DNA of 63,217 nucleotides, filler included, from Atractiella rhizophila (lineage: Eukaryota): the NCBI GenBank assembly GCA_021432655.1. It is 3 parts of 3 records of this genome, joined end to end, with 100 filler letters (N's around TTAATTAATTAA, not from the genome) between each part and the next. Parts side by side here need not be neighbours in the genome. Positions count along the whole stretch, not along the records: positions 1 to 22,211 come from MU271819.1; 2 more parts are not named here. One strand, given 5' to 3'. Position numbers and translations under genes: made by a program. The notes under the pieces were generated by a model, which searched no databases, had not been told where the DNA came from, and worked only from the letters and a program-made list of their open reading frames with translations. Positions 1 through 12,214 of the stretch are shown here, in pieces. Position 1 is the stretch's first letter, and the number at the start of each line of letters is the position of its first letter.

Positions 1-104
1 CAATGACGGTCGTACCAACTGACAGAGGATATTAATATATTGTCGAGGCAGATGAATCAGCTCCTCAAGTAATCCCAACCCTTGTACACATACATAACAT
101 GCCT

Positions 105-2273
105 TCAATCGGAATCCACAACAATCGCATTTGAATCCATAGCATATGTCTTTCCACTCCTCCCTTTCACGGTTGCAATAAACAGTTCCTCTTGCTCCTC
201 CCTCTTGACATTCATTGTCTCGCTGCGCCGTTTTTTCCTAGACTTTTGCCCCTCATCTATTTCGGGAGTCCCATGCCGTTTGAGGTCAGATCGTGGTGCA
301 GGTGAGGCAGTCCCGAGCATGGACAACGGCGCTGATGTCGGGGGCTGCTTTAGACTCAGGTGTGGATTCTGCTTTGGGTCCCTCCCAAGCTTTTCTGGGA
401 TCATCATAGCGGTTATAACTGTTTCCTCCACGCTTGATGTAGATATCGAGTCTAGCCTCAATTTAGATGAACTGCCGGTTGACGAGTGGCTACCCGTATC
501 ATTCAATTTATAGTGTCCCATTTCTGAGGAGGAGGAAGGAATCAAGGTCCAATTCTTCTTCGTAGGGAAAGGTGTAGATGAAGAAGAGAATGTTGTGTTT
601 TGTCGATTGATAACTGCGACTGACTTCACCTTCTTGGTTGGCGCAGCTTTTAGTGAACCGTCGTTTTTGTATATCTTTTTCAGAGATATTTTCTGGAATG
701 ACCTGATTATAGAACGTCAAGAGATCATGCTAACAGAGGAATAGATCCAGTAGAGGCTCACTTAACGTAAGCGTGTATCTCTTTTGTCACGTTGCTGTTC
801 TTGCGTACAGATTCGTAGGTATCGTTTATATGGTTCCTGAAAAGCTGGATCGCTTCAAGCAGCTCTCCGTCAGAGTAAGACGCCCATCTTGAGACCTGTC
901 AACAAATTAGTAGGAAAGCGGAATATAACACTGCGGCTCACAATCCAGGGCAACCAGACGAGCTCGATTGGAGCCTGGAGAGCCGTCAACACTTAATGGG
1001 TGATAGAACGGACACACTAGAGACTTAGGCTCTAAGAATGCTTTATGCGTTTCACCTCTCTCACCCAATCCAACTAGCGCATCCAGTCGGTCTAAGCTCT
1101 TCGCTACTGACTCCCTGACCTTCTTTGTCGGATTCTCGCTTCGGAACAAAACATCAATTTTCAACCTCTGAATTGATATATGCCTGACGTTATTCAGGAG
1201 TGGAAGGAGGGTGTAGACTATCTCGGCGAAGATTTGAAACTCGTTAGCTCTGTGAAAATCCAGGTTGAGACGTTCTTTCCATCGACGCTCGACATAGTAT
1301 GCTTTGACAAGTGACTTGATAAAATCAACATAAGGACCAGCGAGCGCCGATAACTTTTCTGCTGTCGAAAGTGGGCACCCATTCTGTAATTCACCAGGTC
1401 GAGTCAAGCTTTCAGTAATTGGGCAGGGAAATTGTACCTGGATCCTTTGAAAAATATCGCGCTCCTGTTGTGCATCGAGATGGTCGTAAAACATCATTCC
1501 AAGTCTGCGAGACTTGAAACTAGTCCAAATATTGTAAGCTTGAATGTGGAAGAAGGGACAGCTTGGAATTTGTACATGTTCCGTTCAGCTTCGGGTAGGA
1601 GTTGAAGCCTTTTATCCACTGTCTTCGGGTTTGCAGGCATCTTGTAGTACCAGTGATGGTTGTCGTTACTTCAGTGATTCTATGATTAAATCAAAGTGCC
1701 TTGAAGTGGCTACTTACCCTGTTCTCAAGTAGATCTCCCCTTTTAGAAATCTATCATGATATCGTCTCAGACTTCAGGATTTTAAGGGAAATGATCTTAC
1801 CGGCAAATACTTGTTAGGCGCTGCTTCCCATCAATACAGCGATAATGATGACGCCCACCCTTGAATGTTCTCGAGAACAAAACAGGCGGCACTGGGGCAG
1901 AAATGAAGAGCGATTGGACTATACATGTGTTAGATAAGAGCCTAGTTGCACTGAGAAACAGCACGGCATACTTAAAGCAATCTGCTTATTGTCATCCCAA
2001 ACCACAGCTCGCTGATAATCAGCGTCTAAGTCTATTCTTCCTTCCTCAACGAGCACTGCGTACTCTACGATGTATGCATGGGTTCACAACCTCAAACACA
2101 GCAAAGTACGGACCAGTCACCCTGATCGAATCTGTCACATTATCGGGTAGAAACTCTAGCTTTACTTGAGGGCCACGCTCCTTCAAGCTCAGCCTACCCT
2201 TCATTTGTCTCTCAGTGAGATCCTGATCACTAAGCTCTTCGTCGTCGGGTTCTGATGCTCCTCTGGTAGTCAT
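105..2273 (-). CDS. Spliced DUF262 (GmrSD N-terminal / ParB-Srx-like) domain protein with a long disordered, basic C-terminal tail
   Basis: Manual splicing gives ...EEGRIDLDADYQRAVVWDDNKQIAL|IQSLFISAPVPPVLFSRTFKGGRHHYRCIDGKQRLTS (YQR at 2009-2017, DGKQR at 1818-1832), then QQERDIFQRIQ|NGCPLSTAEKL. These match the QR, DGQQR and FxxxN-G motifs of DUF262. Introns are GT-AG; the last exon (ORF 105..629) is S/T/K/R-rich. Confidence 0.8.
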
Positions 2274-2449
2274 TCTGAACCCTGATGCGTCAATGGCAGA
2301 GAAAGGGCACGGTTTCCTCGACGTCTACTCGAGCTCGGCAGGATCGATCGATCTGAGTTGTCCGTTTGGATCAGTTTGGAGTTGAATGAAAGGAGGGAAA
2401 CACGACCCCAGCCTACCCCTATAGCAATTCTGGCTGGAGCTGTTATCGA

Positions 2450-4600
2450 GGCTCGTATTTAGCTTCAGAAGCTTGCTGAAAGTGCGAATAGAATATCTGT
2501 CGGCTTTATATATACACTACGGCAACAAAGAAGGCATGTTGCTTTTCTGTCATTGGATACATAGGACGAGGAGGAAACCAGGGAATAGTCGAGGGGTCCA
2601 TCTAAAGTTTGTTTAGTTTTGCGTAGGTGCATACTGCTGAAGCTCCTCATGGTCCAATGTAAGGAAGTAAGCGGGTTCGATAGCCCTCCGCTTCTTCGAA
2701 AAGCTCGTGTCCCTAATACTGCGACGAAAAGTGTTTTCGCAGTTGTAGGAGGTTCGAATAGCAGTAAGGGAAGGGGGAGCAATGTAACAGTCTAAGCGGG
2801 GTAATAATAGCGTCAGAGCTGTGCCGCCTTCCTCTTAATAATGCTAACGAATTTTGAGCGTCTTCTCACGGAACTCGACGAATTTTTACTAGACCCGACG
2901 CTCCTCCTCGTGCTTGCTCAAGTTATATACGTGGCCCGACACCGCTTCAAGCCACTCTGAAAACGAGCGGGGTTAAGTAATGTCTCTCGACTATGTGTCC
3001 TCGTCTCTTCTCAGACCCATAAAAGGTACGACTGTACCTTCTGCCCTAGGACCTGCTACTAAACTATAGACCGTATCGCTTAAAGTTGGAGGATCCTCTG
3101 CTTCTACTGTTGACTTCCAGAGAGTAAGTAGAGGGAAGTTCAATACAAGGACGAAGGAGNNNNNNNNNNNNNNNNNNNNNNNNNNNNNNNNNNNNNNNNN
3201 NNNNNNNNNNNNNNNNNNNNNNNNNNNNNNNNNNNNNNNNNNNNNNNNNNNNNNNNNNNNNNNNNNNNNNNNNNNNNNNNNNNNNNNNNNNNNNNNNNNN
3301 NCCCTGCGAAATTCCTATACAAACCCGGTGGTGTATTACACGGTCAGGTAATGTACGGACCATAGATTAGACGAAACTGAAACGCTGGAGACGATTCGAT
3401 GACATCCTTTGGTACTAGAACCTAACATGTGCAGTTATCTCGGTATAAGAGCCCTATCCAAATCTCGGTTGAAACCTCTTTAGTTGACCCTCTAACACAA
3501 TCCACGCCAACCCGCACTCTATGTCTCTTAGCAGATTGGGCTTCGTCCATTGGTAAGGTAACAGCGCTATCTGTCGTACCCGTAAGACCTCCTTGCTGCA
3601 ATGTTTCCCTCGAGCGCTGAATTTCTGACCTGAGGTGGTGGACCACCCCGCTAACTGAAATAGTTGTTCCAGCGAGCTGCATTAACGAAGGGGAATGAGG
3701 TTTTCACACTGGTAGTTACTACACTAACATCCTGTGAGCCTAGAAGGAGCATAAGAAGATTCGGTATAAGGGGAGAAAGCTGGGCTTCCTTGCTGCACAC
3801 CCGGTGAAGCTCTTGTAGGCGCTGGATAGATGGTTCCCGCACCGGATTTAATAGTTTTGGACTACCTGCTTCTTTAATGTTTAATATAATAACTGTGGGA
3901 TGTTGGCCGTCGTTAAATGTCCAGACAATTGAAGCAACAGGAAAGCTACATGATTTGAGGTAGTGTCACCCCTGCTAGTACTGGTGACAGTTTATCAAGT
4001 GGTTTGAGCCCTGAACCGATAAGGTCTCTGAAGGAACTTCAGCAAGAGTTACCAATACCCTTAGTTCGCTGGGCCTAAGGATGAGGAGTGAGAACGCTGA
4101 GGTAATGGCAGGCGCGGCAGCTGTTCGGACCTTCCTCCTCCTCATAGCTTTCGAGGAAGGTGAAAAGTAGGAGGCGTCTGAGTGCCGCTCTGTAACACGG
4201 AAGAGGGTCTAGTTTAGGCGTAAAAGTGCGTAGTCATAAATAAGAAAGAGGAGAAGTGGTAGTAAAGATAGTAAACCTATGCGGTCTTTATGTTATTACG
4301 GAGTTTTGCTAGTCGCTCTCGCGAGCGGTTGCCAAATGGTTAAATGCCCTGCTTCGTAGCGTTTCCAGAAAGCGCTTCGGACGAACCTGCAGCGTCTCCT
4401 CTCAAAAGGAGGTTGCTACCACTACACCTTCTAGAACTAGGGGAGCTACTAGGCGAGTGGATGGGAAGCAGACAGAGGAGGGGTTATTAATCGTCAAAAC
4501 TACCCATGAGAATGGTGAGCGGATAACTTGGCAGTCTACTGAAGATGCCGTGTTGAATACTCCGAGTGTCGGCCTGTGTAAGCGCCGCCGTCTCGTCTCA
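2450..4600 (-). mobile_element. Heavily decayed (or noisy) non-LTR retrotransposon (LINE/Tad1-like) remnant
   Basis: Broken motifs occur in the expected LINE order on the minus strand: CSFPVASIVW (~3940), PGVQQGSP (~3790-3805, cf. GVPQGSP), LAGWSTTSGQKF (~3640), W..VSGH (~2940, cf. RNase H WxPGH), and a possible H..LxC zinc-finger remnant (~2530). Many stops and frameshifts; spans an N gap. Confidence 0.4.
3160..3301. other. Assembly gap (142 N)
   Basis: Run of N with no spacer sequence inside. Confidence 0.99.
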
Positions 4601-5028
4601 GAAAGGTTTTAAAACTAGGTGGTTGAGTTCGGGAGGAGCGAGCGTAAAATCTGTTTGACGGTCATGAATCCAGACAGTAGATAAAGAAACGTCCTGCCTG
4701 CAGCTTACCAGCTCCCTTTTCTCACTTCCCACAAAAGCTTCTCAGGTAACCACTGAAAGAAAGACACTGTACCGGTCGCCGATAAGAAATGCAAGAGTAA
4801 ACCTTGACCAAACGTATGATCATTAGTCAGGCAGTCACGACTCCTACCCCTACTCCGCTGTAACATTGGTATCTCGTACATACGTAACTGTATAACTGTC
4901 AACTCTTTGCGAAAGCGAAGCATAAATTTTGTTGGAGGACATTTCCGCGCCCGGTGCCAACATTGGACTATCATATATGAAACGACAAGCTCTTTGGCCA
5001 GATTCTTTTACGACTCTACCCCTACGTA

Positions 5029-5514
5029 CGACGAGTGCTCCTCTCGCTCAGTAGTTAAGACCCCACTGTCTACCAAGTCGCGTTCGGACCCGTTTGTCAA
5101 CCAAAACAACCATGTACTCACCTAAAAGATCCCCTAAGAATATAATTGTTTTGGGATCTGTCCTTAAAGCTAACCTCCAACTCTTTCGAGCAAAGTTGTC
5201 GGTAATTTTCTCCCCAAGCCACTTTAGCAGCGGATTCCGCCCAGGGTAGCTGCGTTGGTCGAGTATTTGAGGATCTGCGAGAAGCAGAAGATGGAATGGT
5301 TCAACACCGCGCTGCTTCCTTGAATAAATACAGAGCAATAGGAAGAACCGTTACACACCTGTGGAGCAATGGGCCAGTTGCAGCCATGCAGGCTCCATGT
5401 AAATGCAAAATATTCACCATAAAGAATAAGGCACAGCCATCCTGCTCTTAAAACCCAAAGCGCTCTCCTCCTCGGGTACCTTTTCACTACTTTCTTGCGA
5501 CGGAGAGGCGCCAT
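5029..5514 (-). CDS. CDC1: Cdc1/MPPE1-family metallophosphoesterase (GPI remodelling); only the 5' part is recognisable
   Basis: N-terminal TM segment (ALWVLRAGWLCLILYGEY), then HLLLLADPQILDQRSYPGR...DNFARKSW...IIFLGDLL|DSG. The GNHD motif and later exons could not be found downstream. Confidence 0.8.
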
Positions 5515-5596
5515 AATGCCATCCCCAGACGTTTGGAGGAGGTTTGGAAAGAAGGCGCAGGCGCCAATTTGGAACTTTAACCCTCTATGACTCCAG

Positions 5597-5604
5597 CACG
5601 TGAC
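5597..5604. promoter_or_regulatory. CACGTGAC E-box (Cbf1/USF-type bHLH site) in the 110-bp CDC1/ERG8 divergent promoter
   Basis: Exact octamer; the same octamer recurs in two other divergent promoters in the window. Confidence 0.45.
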
Positions 5605-5624
5605 TGTTGGAAACCTAAGAAGCG

Positions 5625-7405
5625 ATGGCCACGATTTCTTGCCCTGGAAAGGTGTTCTTTGCTGGTGGTTATCTAGTGTTAGATAGGGAATATGAAGGGT
5701 TTATACTGTCTACCTCTTCGCGCTTCTATTCTCATCTTCGACACGATCCCGATTCTCCTCCTGGAACAATCACGATCAAGTCTCCCCAATTTCTGCAGGC
5801 AGAATGGACATTCAAGGTTGTATTTGACGGCTCTAAACAACATGTAAAAATAGTGGATGGGTCTGTCAACCATGACGATTTTCGTAGTAATCTGATTCTT
5901 GCTCCATCAGAGCAGGAGCGACAGCCAAAGGATTTATTGGACTCGCACTCTCTGAGAGTGTCAAATTATCTGTTGCGATGTACGGAAAAGAAAAAACGGA
6001 AGGCAATCTGAGAACTGCACTCGAAATATTTGTTGTCGGGGACAACGAATTCTATACCCAACCTGTACGTTTTGTACCCATGTTCAGTGACATGTCGGCT
6101 AATCTTTCTTCGATGCAGCCAAGCGCCACCCCTATTCCTCCTTTCAACCGCCTTAATGTTACTTTAAACGACGTGCACAAAACTGGACTCGGATCAAGTG
6201 CTGCCATGGTCTCTTCTCTCGTTGGTGTCCTCTGTGTCCACTTCGGATTGGTAGAAACCGCTTCCGTGGAAGAGAAAAAGATAATAATTCACAATCTTTC
6301 GCAATATGTCCATTCACTCGCTCAAGGGAAACTTGGAAGTGGATTTGACGTCAGCACGGCGATTTGGGGAAGTCAGGTCTATAGAAAGTTTGATCAGGGA
6401 TGTTTGGCAGGCTTGATGGAGGCCGAAGGAGAGGTGAGCGTTACCTCTTGCTTATACGTCAATCTGATAAGTCCTAGATTGATCCAGAAGACCTTTATCT
6501 CACAATCATGCCATCGAAGAATCTCGCATGGTTAGCGAAGGATACCGCTCCAGAGGTACAACCATTCAATCTCCCTAAAGGATTGACTCTTCTCCTTGCG
6601 GACGTTGATGGAGGAAGTAACACACCTTCAATGGTTGGAAAGGTCCTGGCATGGAGGTCAAAGAACGAAAAACAAGGTGAGCATGTTCCACTGATGCAGG
6701 GTGATCCTCAAGACCAGTGACAGCCCACGAGCTTTGGCAGGAAATTTCCAAAGGGAACTCGAGGCTTGCCACACTTTTTGGCTCTCTCAATCAATCACAT
6801 GAAGTTCATCCTACACTTTGTGACAGTGCTTTCGGTAATCTTGCTGACAAGCAGTTGAATGCACAGGTTTGTCACAGATTTCGATACTGCCAAACCTCTT
6901 CATGTTTGCCTTTAGATCGCGACAAAGTCAACAGTCGAAGAGACATTACTTGATGTTGCGAGAGTCATCAAAGTGCGTCTGTTGTTTTTTTCAGGCGAAG
7001 CTGAAGTTTAATAGTCAATTCGATCGGGAATGCGCAAAATGGGAGAACTTGCTGGTGTCCCCATCGAACCTCCTGAGCAACAGAAGCTCATCGACGCTTG
7101 TTGCGAACTTCCCGGTGTACTAGGAGGAGGGGTCCCAGGCGGTACGTCTTTCTTCCATTTCCCAACGCTACGAAGACGAGCCAAATTTCTTCACAGCTGG
7201 TGGCTATGATGCGATTTGGATCTTAATCATTGCGTCTGAAGAAACCGAAAAGAAAGTCTCTTCTTTCTTTGAGGGGTGGAAAGAAAATCAGACAAAAGTC
7301 AAACTTTTATCCAAGATTCCGGGGAGTATGGAAGCGCGGGAGGGACTGAAGGAACTTTCGTTGGGCAATGTCCCGGGTTTAAAAGAACTTATAAATGGTC
7401 AATGA
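5625..7405 (+). CDS. ERG8: Phosphomevalonate kinase (GHMP kinase), spliced
   Basis: PGKVFFAGGYLVLD, KTGLGSSAA, AQGKLGSGFDV, GSNTPSMV, GVPIEP and GGGVPG|AGGYDAI motifs; stop TGA at 7403-7405. Confidence 0.95.
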
Positions 7406-7746
7406 AGAAACACCTGCTATCTGTCATCCTCCACCGATAACCCTGAAGTTAAGCAGGGATAAGTTTGCTGAGTGCCTTTGAGTTGAACTGTTGAGCCGGA
7501 GGGTGAGAATATTCGCTACTTCACGTTGCACTTCTTCATTCATTATGAGATATTCCTACTTCCTCCTAAAGGTGTCGGGACGTGATCTCGAAGGGCTGCG
7601 AAGTGGTCACGGTGTGGGGATAGCTGGGTCAATGAATCCCCCGGCAGGAGAAGCGGTAACTTTAGACGCCTAGAGCGGATGTCATAAGGAGGCAGGAGTT
7701 CAGCTTAGCGGACCCATCTGCTTCAAGTTGCAAGTTCAGTTGCAGG

Positions 7747-9326
7747 ATGGAAGTACTACCAAACTTTCAGTTTCCAGAGAAGTCAAAGGCAGCAATCCTC
7801 AATGCCAGGGATAAGCCCTACACAATCATCCATGACCATCCAGTGGGCAAGCCTGGAAAAGGAGAAGTACTTGTCAAGTTGAAGGTGACTGGATTGTGTC
7901 ATAGCGACACCATGCCTAGACACGTTGATGGCGCAGCTGGTTCCATTATTCCTATCATCGGTGTGTTTACTTCGCATCCACTCAGGGTCCTCTTCTCTGA
8001 CGACATTACAGGAGGTCATGAAGGTATCGGGATAGTCGTTGCCCGTGGAGAAGGTGTTGAGGCGCCCGAACTTGGGAGCAGAGGTCAGTTCACTCGATTA
8101 TACTAGAGCTACGCCCAGCTCAACAAGTAGTCGCTACGCCTTGTCAGTGGGAATACGCTGGGACGCCAATGCCTGTGGCGGGTGCGATGTCTGCTTGAGC
8201 GGATACGAGACGTCTTGCAAGCAGAACATGGCTGAGTATAATGGATATCGACAGTGAGTGTTTGTTGTCATCAATTTCCAATCAATTAACTAACATTCAA
8301 ATGTAAGGCACGGCACATTTCAAGAATACAGGATTGCGAAAGCTCGTAGATCGATTTTCTAAAGATTTTGAAAAAAACTGATCTGTATTCCCTTAAGCAT
8401 TTGTGGTTCCCATACCTGACGCCATCGACGACCTTCAGGCAGCGCCATTAATGTGAGTCAGTCTTCGATGGCCGTACGCACCCTGACGACAAGTAGGTGC
8501 GCTGGGGTAACTGTATACAAAGGTTTAAAGTTGTCCAATCCTCTCGCTGGAACATGGGTGCGTCTTTTTATTTACCACGGTGATCAAGCTCAGAATTGTC
8601 CAGGTTTGTTTTCCAGGTGTGTATTCACGTTCTCATCACATCATTGCACTGAAGTGGGTGTAGGCGGAGGAGGAGGACTGGGCCATCTTGGAATCCAGTT
8701 TAGCAAGGCATTTGGCTGCAAGGTCATAGCTATTGATGCTCCAGACAAAGAAGAGCTTTGCAAGAAATGTGGAGCCGACGTGTTCATCGACTTTACCAAG
8801 TCTAAGGACGTTGTCGCGGATGTGATAGCAGCAACTGATGGCGGACCTCATACGTAAGTTCCACTTGGTACTGTATCCAGAGGACCAACTGAAAGTCTGC
8901 ACAAAACAGGACCCTTGTCACTACAGCTGTTCCATCAGCATACACACAAGGTAAGTTGCCGGGTTGTGAACGAGAAACGAGTCGCTGAAACTGGAGGATA
9001 GCAATTCTCTATGCCCGGCCACTTGGGACGGTTGTTTTCATTGGTTTGACCATGGCCTCGTGTGTCTTCTTCTCTTCTCTTCACTCCACCATTTATTCTG
9101 ACTTCTCGTAAGATTTCCAACTGGACCAATGATCGGAAAACATCTGAAACTCATCGGTTCTGCCACCGGAACACGTCTTGATGCCCTGGAGACCATTCAA
9201 TTTGCCCAGCTACATAACATCAAGGTAAATGTGGAAGAGAGGAAGTTGGAAGATATCGAGACTTCCATGCAGGAATTGGAGAAGGGCAAAATTTCTGGAC
9301 GAATTGTGCTCAGGATTGCTGATTGA
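7747..9326 (+). CDS. Zinc-dependent medium-chain alcohol dehydrogenase, spliced
   Basis: GLCHSD, GHEGIG, structural Zn motif [25 protein letters not shown], Rossmann [14 protein letters not shown]-terminal GRIVL. Confidence 0.93.
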
Positions 9327-9803
9327 AGGAAGGGAGTTGAGTGTGTATCCGTGTAATTCGCTGAAGAGGTCATCAAATGAAATCGGAAGTCACAAGTTTG
9401 TATCGACTTATCTCGTCCTGCTATTTCCCACACTAGCACTTTGGTTCACGGAACAAAGAATCCATTTTTATAGGTCCAAACGGGGCCCAAAGGAGGTAAA
9501 CTGAAGTAGCGAAAACCGATAATGGAAGAGTTAAGACGTAAAGCGACCATCGCAGCTCTGGTCGCAATTCTAAGTTTGCAGGTCGTAGAGTCTTATTTAA
9601 GGGGACGTCTACAGATCATTTGAAGTTCTAGAGGGATAGAAGAATTCCTTCAATATCACTAAGTGAATACAGAGAAAATCTCAGTCAAATGACAACTCTT
9701 CAAGTTTCCGTGTCAAAATGAATTCGAGTAGCTCTGTTCGGCTCAATTACTCGCGACTTCTAAAAGAGCATGACGACGCACCTTTGTTTCCATCTCAAAG
9801 TCT

Positions 9804-10235
9804 TTACTTGGATGTCTTCGTGCCGTTGCTGGTCTGTGTAAATCCTCCACCAGAAGAGGTGGTGTAGTTCGCGTTTCCCTTCCCGTCATTATAGTAGGTA
9901 GACCCATTCTGACACCAATGCATAATCAACATAACTCATGCCGTAGATCAAGTAAATACTTACCGGGTTGGAGTAATAGTAAGACCCGTTGCTGTTCGAA
10001 TGCTAAATGATTAATAAGAAGCGACTCAGAAGAAAGACGGACGTGTTGGAATAATGGTAGCTGTTGCTATTAGAAGCAGAAGACCCATAGTCCCTCGAGC
10101 AATAGTAATTCCCCTTCAACCATAAACCATCCTTCATACCCTTGAAGGTGGCAGGGGTGGACGAACCTGAGAATTAGTGCCTGAGGAAGTATAGGTGTAA
10201 CCAGTACCTGCAGTGTTGCTGCCTTTGGAGGACAT
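9804..10235 (-). CDS. Small Ser/Asn/Gly/Tyr-rich fungal protein of unknown function (4 exons, ~90 aa)
   Basis: Splicing three GT-AG introns gives MSSKGSNTAGTGYTYTSSGTNSQ|GNYYCSRDYGSSASNSNSYHYSNT|NGSYYYSNP|NGSTYYNDGKGNANYTTSSGGGFTQTSNGTKTSK*. A TATA box lies ~95 bp upstream. Not in the ORF track. Confidence 0.85.
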
Positions 10236-10327
10236 GATTGACTGACGTTTTCTGAGTGGAGATGCTAGATGCAGGGATGTTCGGAGTTGGAGAACGGGGG
10301 AAGCAGGAAGGGAAAGGCAGAAGAAGC

Positions 10328-10336
10328 CTTTTATAG
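10328..10336 (-). promoter_or_regulatory. TATA box of the small S/N/G/Y-rich gene
   Basis: CTATAAAAG on the minus strand, followed by a CT-rich stretch before the ATG at 10235. Confidence 0.55.
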
Positions 10337-10608
10337 GGTGGCATTAACAATCAAACGGTACCGCTGCAACGGTCGCAAACTTCGCGACGCGCTCATTTGG
10401 TCGCGGTTGGTTTTGTTTGTTGGAAGATAAGGCGATCATATCTGCATCATAACCAACCAGCAGCTGGGAGCAACAAAGAGTTCACATGCAGACACAGGTG
10501 GCGAGCGCTGAAAGGCTGAGCAGTTGTAGATGGGTATATCAAAATGAAGTGCAATGAAAGCGATACAGTTGTCAAACAGCAAAGCAGAAACACAGTGAAT
10601 GAAAGGAC

Positions 10609-12048
10609 TCAAGGAGCAGTCGATTTCCTCTTGAGTTTCTTCTTCACCTCCGCCTTCGGTGCCTTTACTGCCTTTCCCTCTTTCTCTTTATCCATGCCAG
10701 CATCTAAAGACTTCCGCTTCTTCCTGACCACCTCTCCCGCCTCCTTTTCCTTTCTTTTCTCTCCAACATTGCCCTTGTTTGTCTCCAGCTTCTCCACTAC
10801 GGCACCAGTCGCCGCAAGATCGACAGACTTCCGTTTCTTCTTCGGTGGCTCTCCCTTTTCTTTCACCACTCTTTCTTCCGGATGCTCCTTCAACCACTCC
10901 TCAACCTCGTCCACTAACTCTCCTCCTTCAGCTTCGACCTCCTCTATCCTCTTCCGCTTCTTCTCTCCCCTTCCTGCCAGTCCCAGAACCTCCCTCCGCT
11001 CCCTCCTATCTCGCAGTTCCACACGGGCAAACTGGTCGACTTGTCTGTCTTGATTTGCAAGGCCTGGACGTTATCCCAGCCGCCCGGTATGCGGACTGTA
11101 AGGTGAGGCAGAACAGACAGAAGGTTTTCGGTCAATTGAGCAGGATTGTGTAGGGAAATGGAGCCGAGACGAATCGTGTGACATGTTCCTCGAGAGAGGG
11201 AGAGGTAGGTAGATGCAATGCTGCGCTCGAGAGTTGCTTTAAGGGTGGATGGATTAGTGATCCGTACAGGGATAGGACGCCTATTCAGACAACATTAACT
11301 GAGCTTTGTGGTGGTGGAGCCGCAAACATACTTGTTACTCTCCATCCAGTTTTTCCCCAATAATTTGGGCATCATCTCCACCACCCTATCGTCCACTAAG
11401 AATCGGTCGTATTCCTTCATTAGTTCGCGTCGAGCTTCAAAAGCCTTGAATTTTCCTGTCCAATCACATTCGTTAAGCCTTAATCACTGCTGATATGCAA
11501 GGCGTACAAACCTTTCAACTTGGAGATCCCAACCACACGACCAATAAAGCCAATTTCCTTCTCTCGTAATAGATCTTTATATTCCCTTTGTGGGTCTTTG
11601 ACGATCAAACAGACAGCATGAGTCTTCGGCGGCTTCATGACAGGATGTTTGAGTGGTCTTTCAGAACAAACATAGAAAGAACAATAAACACAGTCTGGCC
11701 ATAATGGTTGGATGAAAAGACATACATCTCGTAAGGCAAATGCCTCTCCTTCTTCAACATATTCTTCACTCCCACAACGAGCCAAACCCACTGATCCTCT
11801 CCGGTCTGAAGCATATCCTCCTTTTCTTTCTCCTTATTGTGTTTCTGCACATGCTTTACAAGAGCCTCTATAGCTTTTGAGGATTGGGAGGGTATGGAAG
11901 CTGGCAAGGAAGAAATCGGAGGAAGTGGTGGAGGAGAAGGAGCTGGTGCAACGGGCTTTCGCACGTAGAGCAGAGGGTCGAGAGCTGGCGCCTGTTCTCC
12001 GGTCAAGCCATAAACATATGCTCAGCGCTGAGGAAAATGCCTTACCAT
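10609..12048 (-). CDS. Ribosomal L1 domain-containing nucleolar protein (RSL1D1/Utp30/Cic1-like), spliced
   Basis: KAIEALVKH, VCLIVKDPQREYKDLL, RVVGISKLKG|KFKAFEARR, FLVDDRVV, GKNWMESNKY, GGWDNVQALQIKTDKSTSLPVW and a K/E-rich tail. The ATG is followed immediately by a GTAAG intron. Confidence 0.9.
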
Positions 12049-12214
12049 ATCTACTACCCAAGCTCGAACTTGAAGGCTGCTGGTGGAAATTTTTTGGTTG
12101 ATCGGAAGAGAGCTTCGTGTCACACTTCCGAAAGGTTGATTTCACTGCCGTCACAGTCCGCATTGCAGCGGGGCAGCGTGCAACAAAAAACGACGACTGC
12201 AGAGCCTCATCGAT

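Noticed and set aside
5625..9326. ERG8 plus ADH as a terpenoid biosynthetic cluster
   Set aside because: There is no terpene synthase, prenyltransferase or P450 nearby, and the neighbours are unrelated housekeeping genes.
10544..11053. 169-aa plus-strand ORF and similar antisense ORFs (12993..13499, 82..513)
   Set aside because: These are shadows of low-complexity or charged coding regions on the opposite strand.
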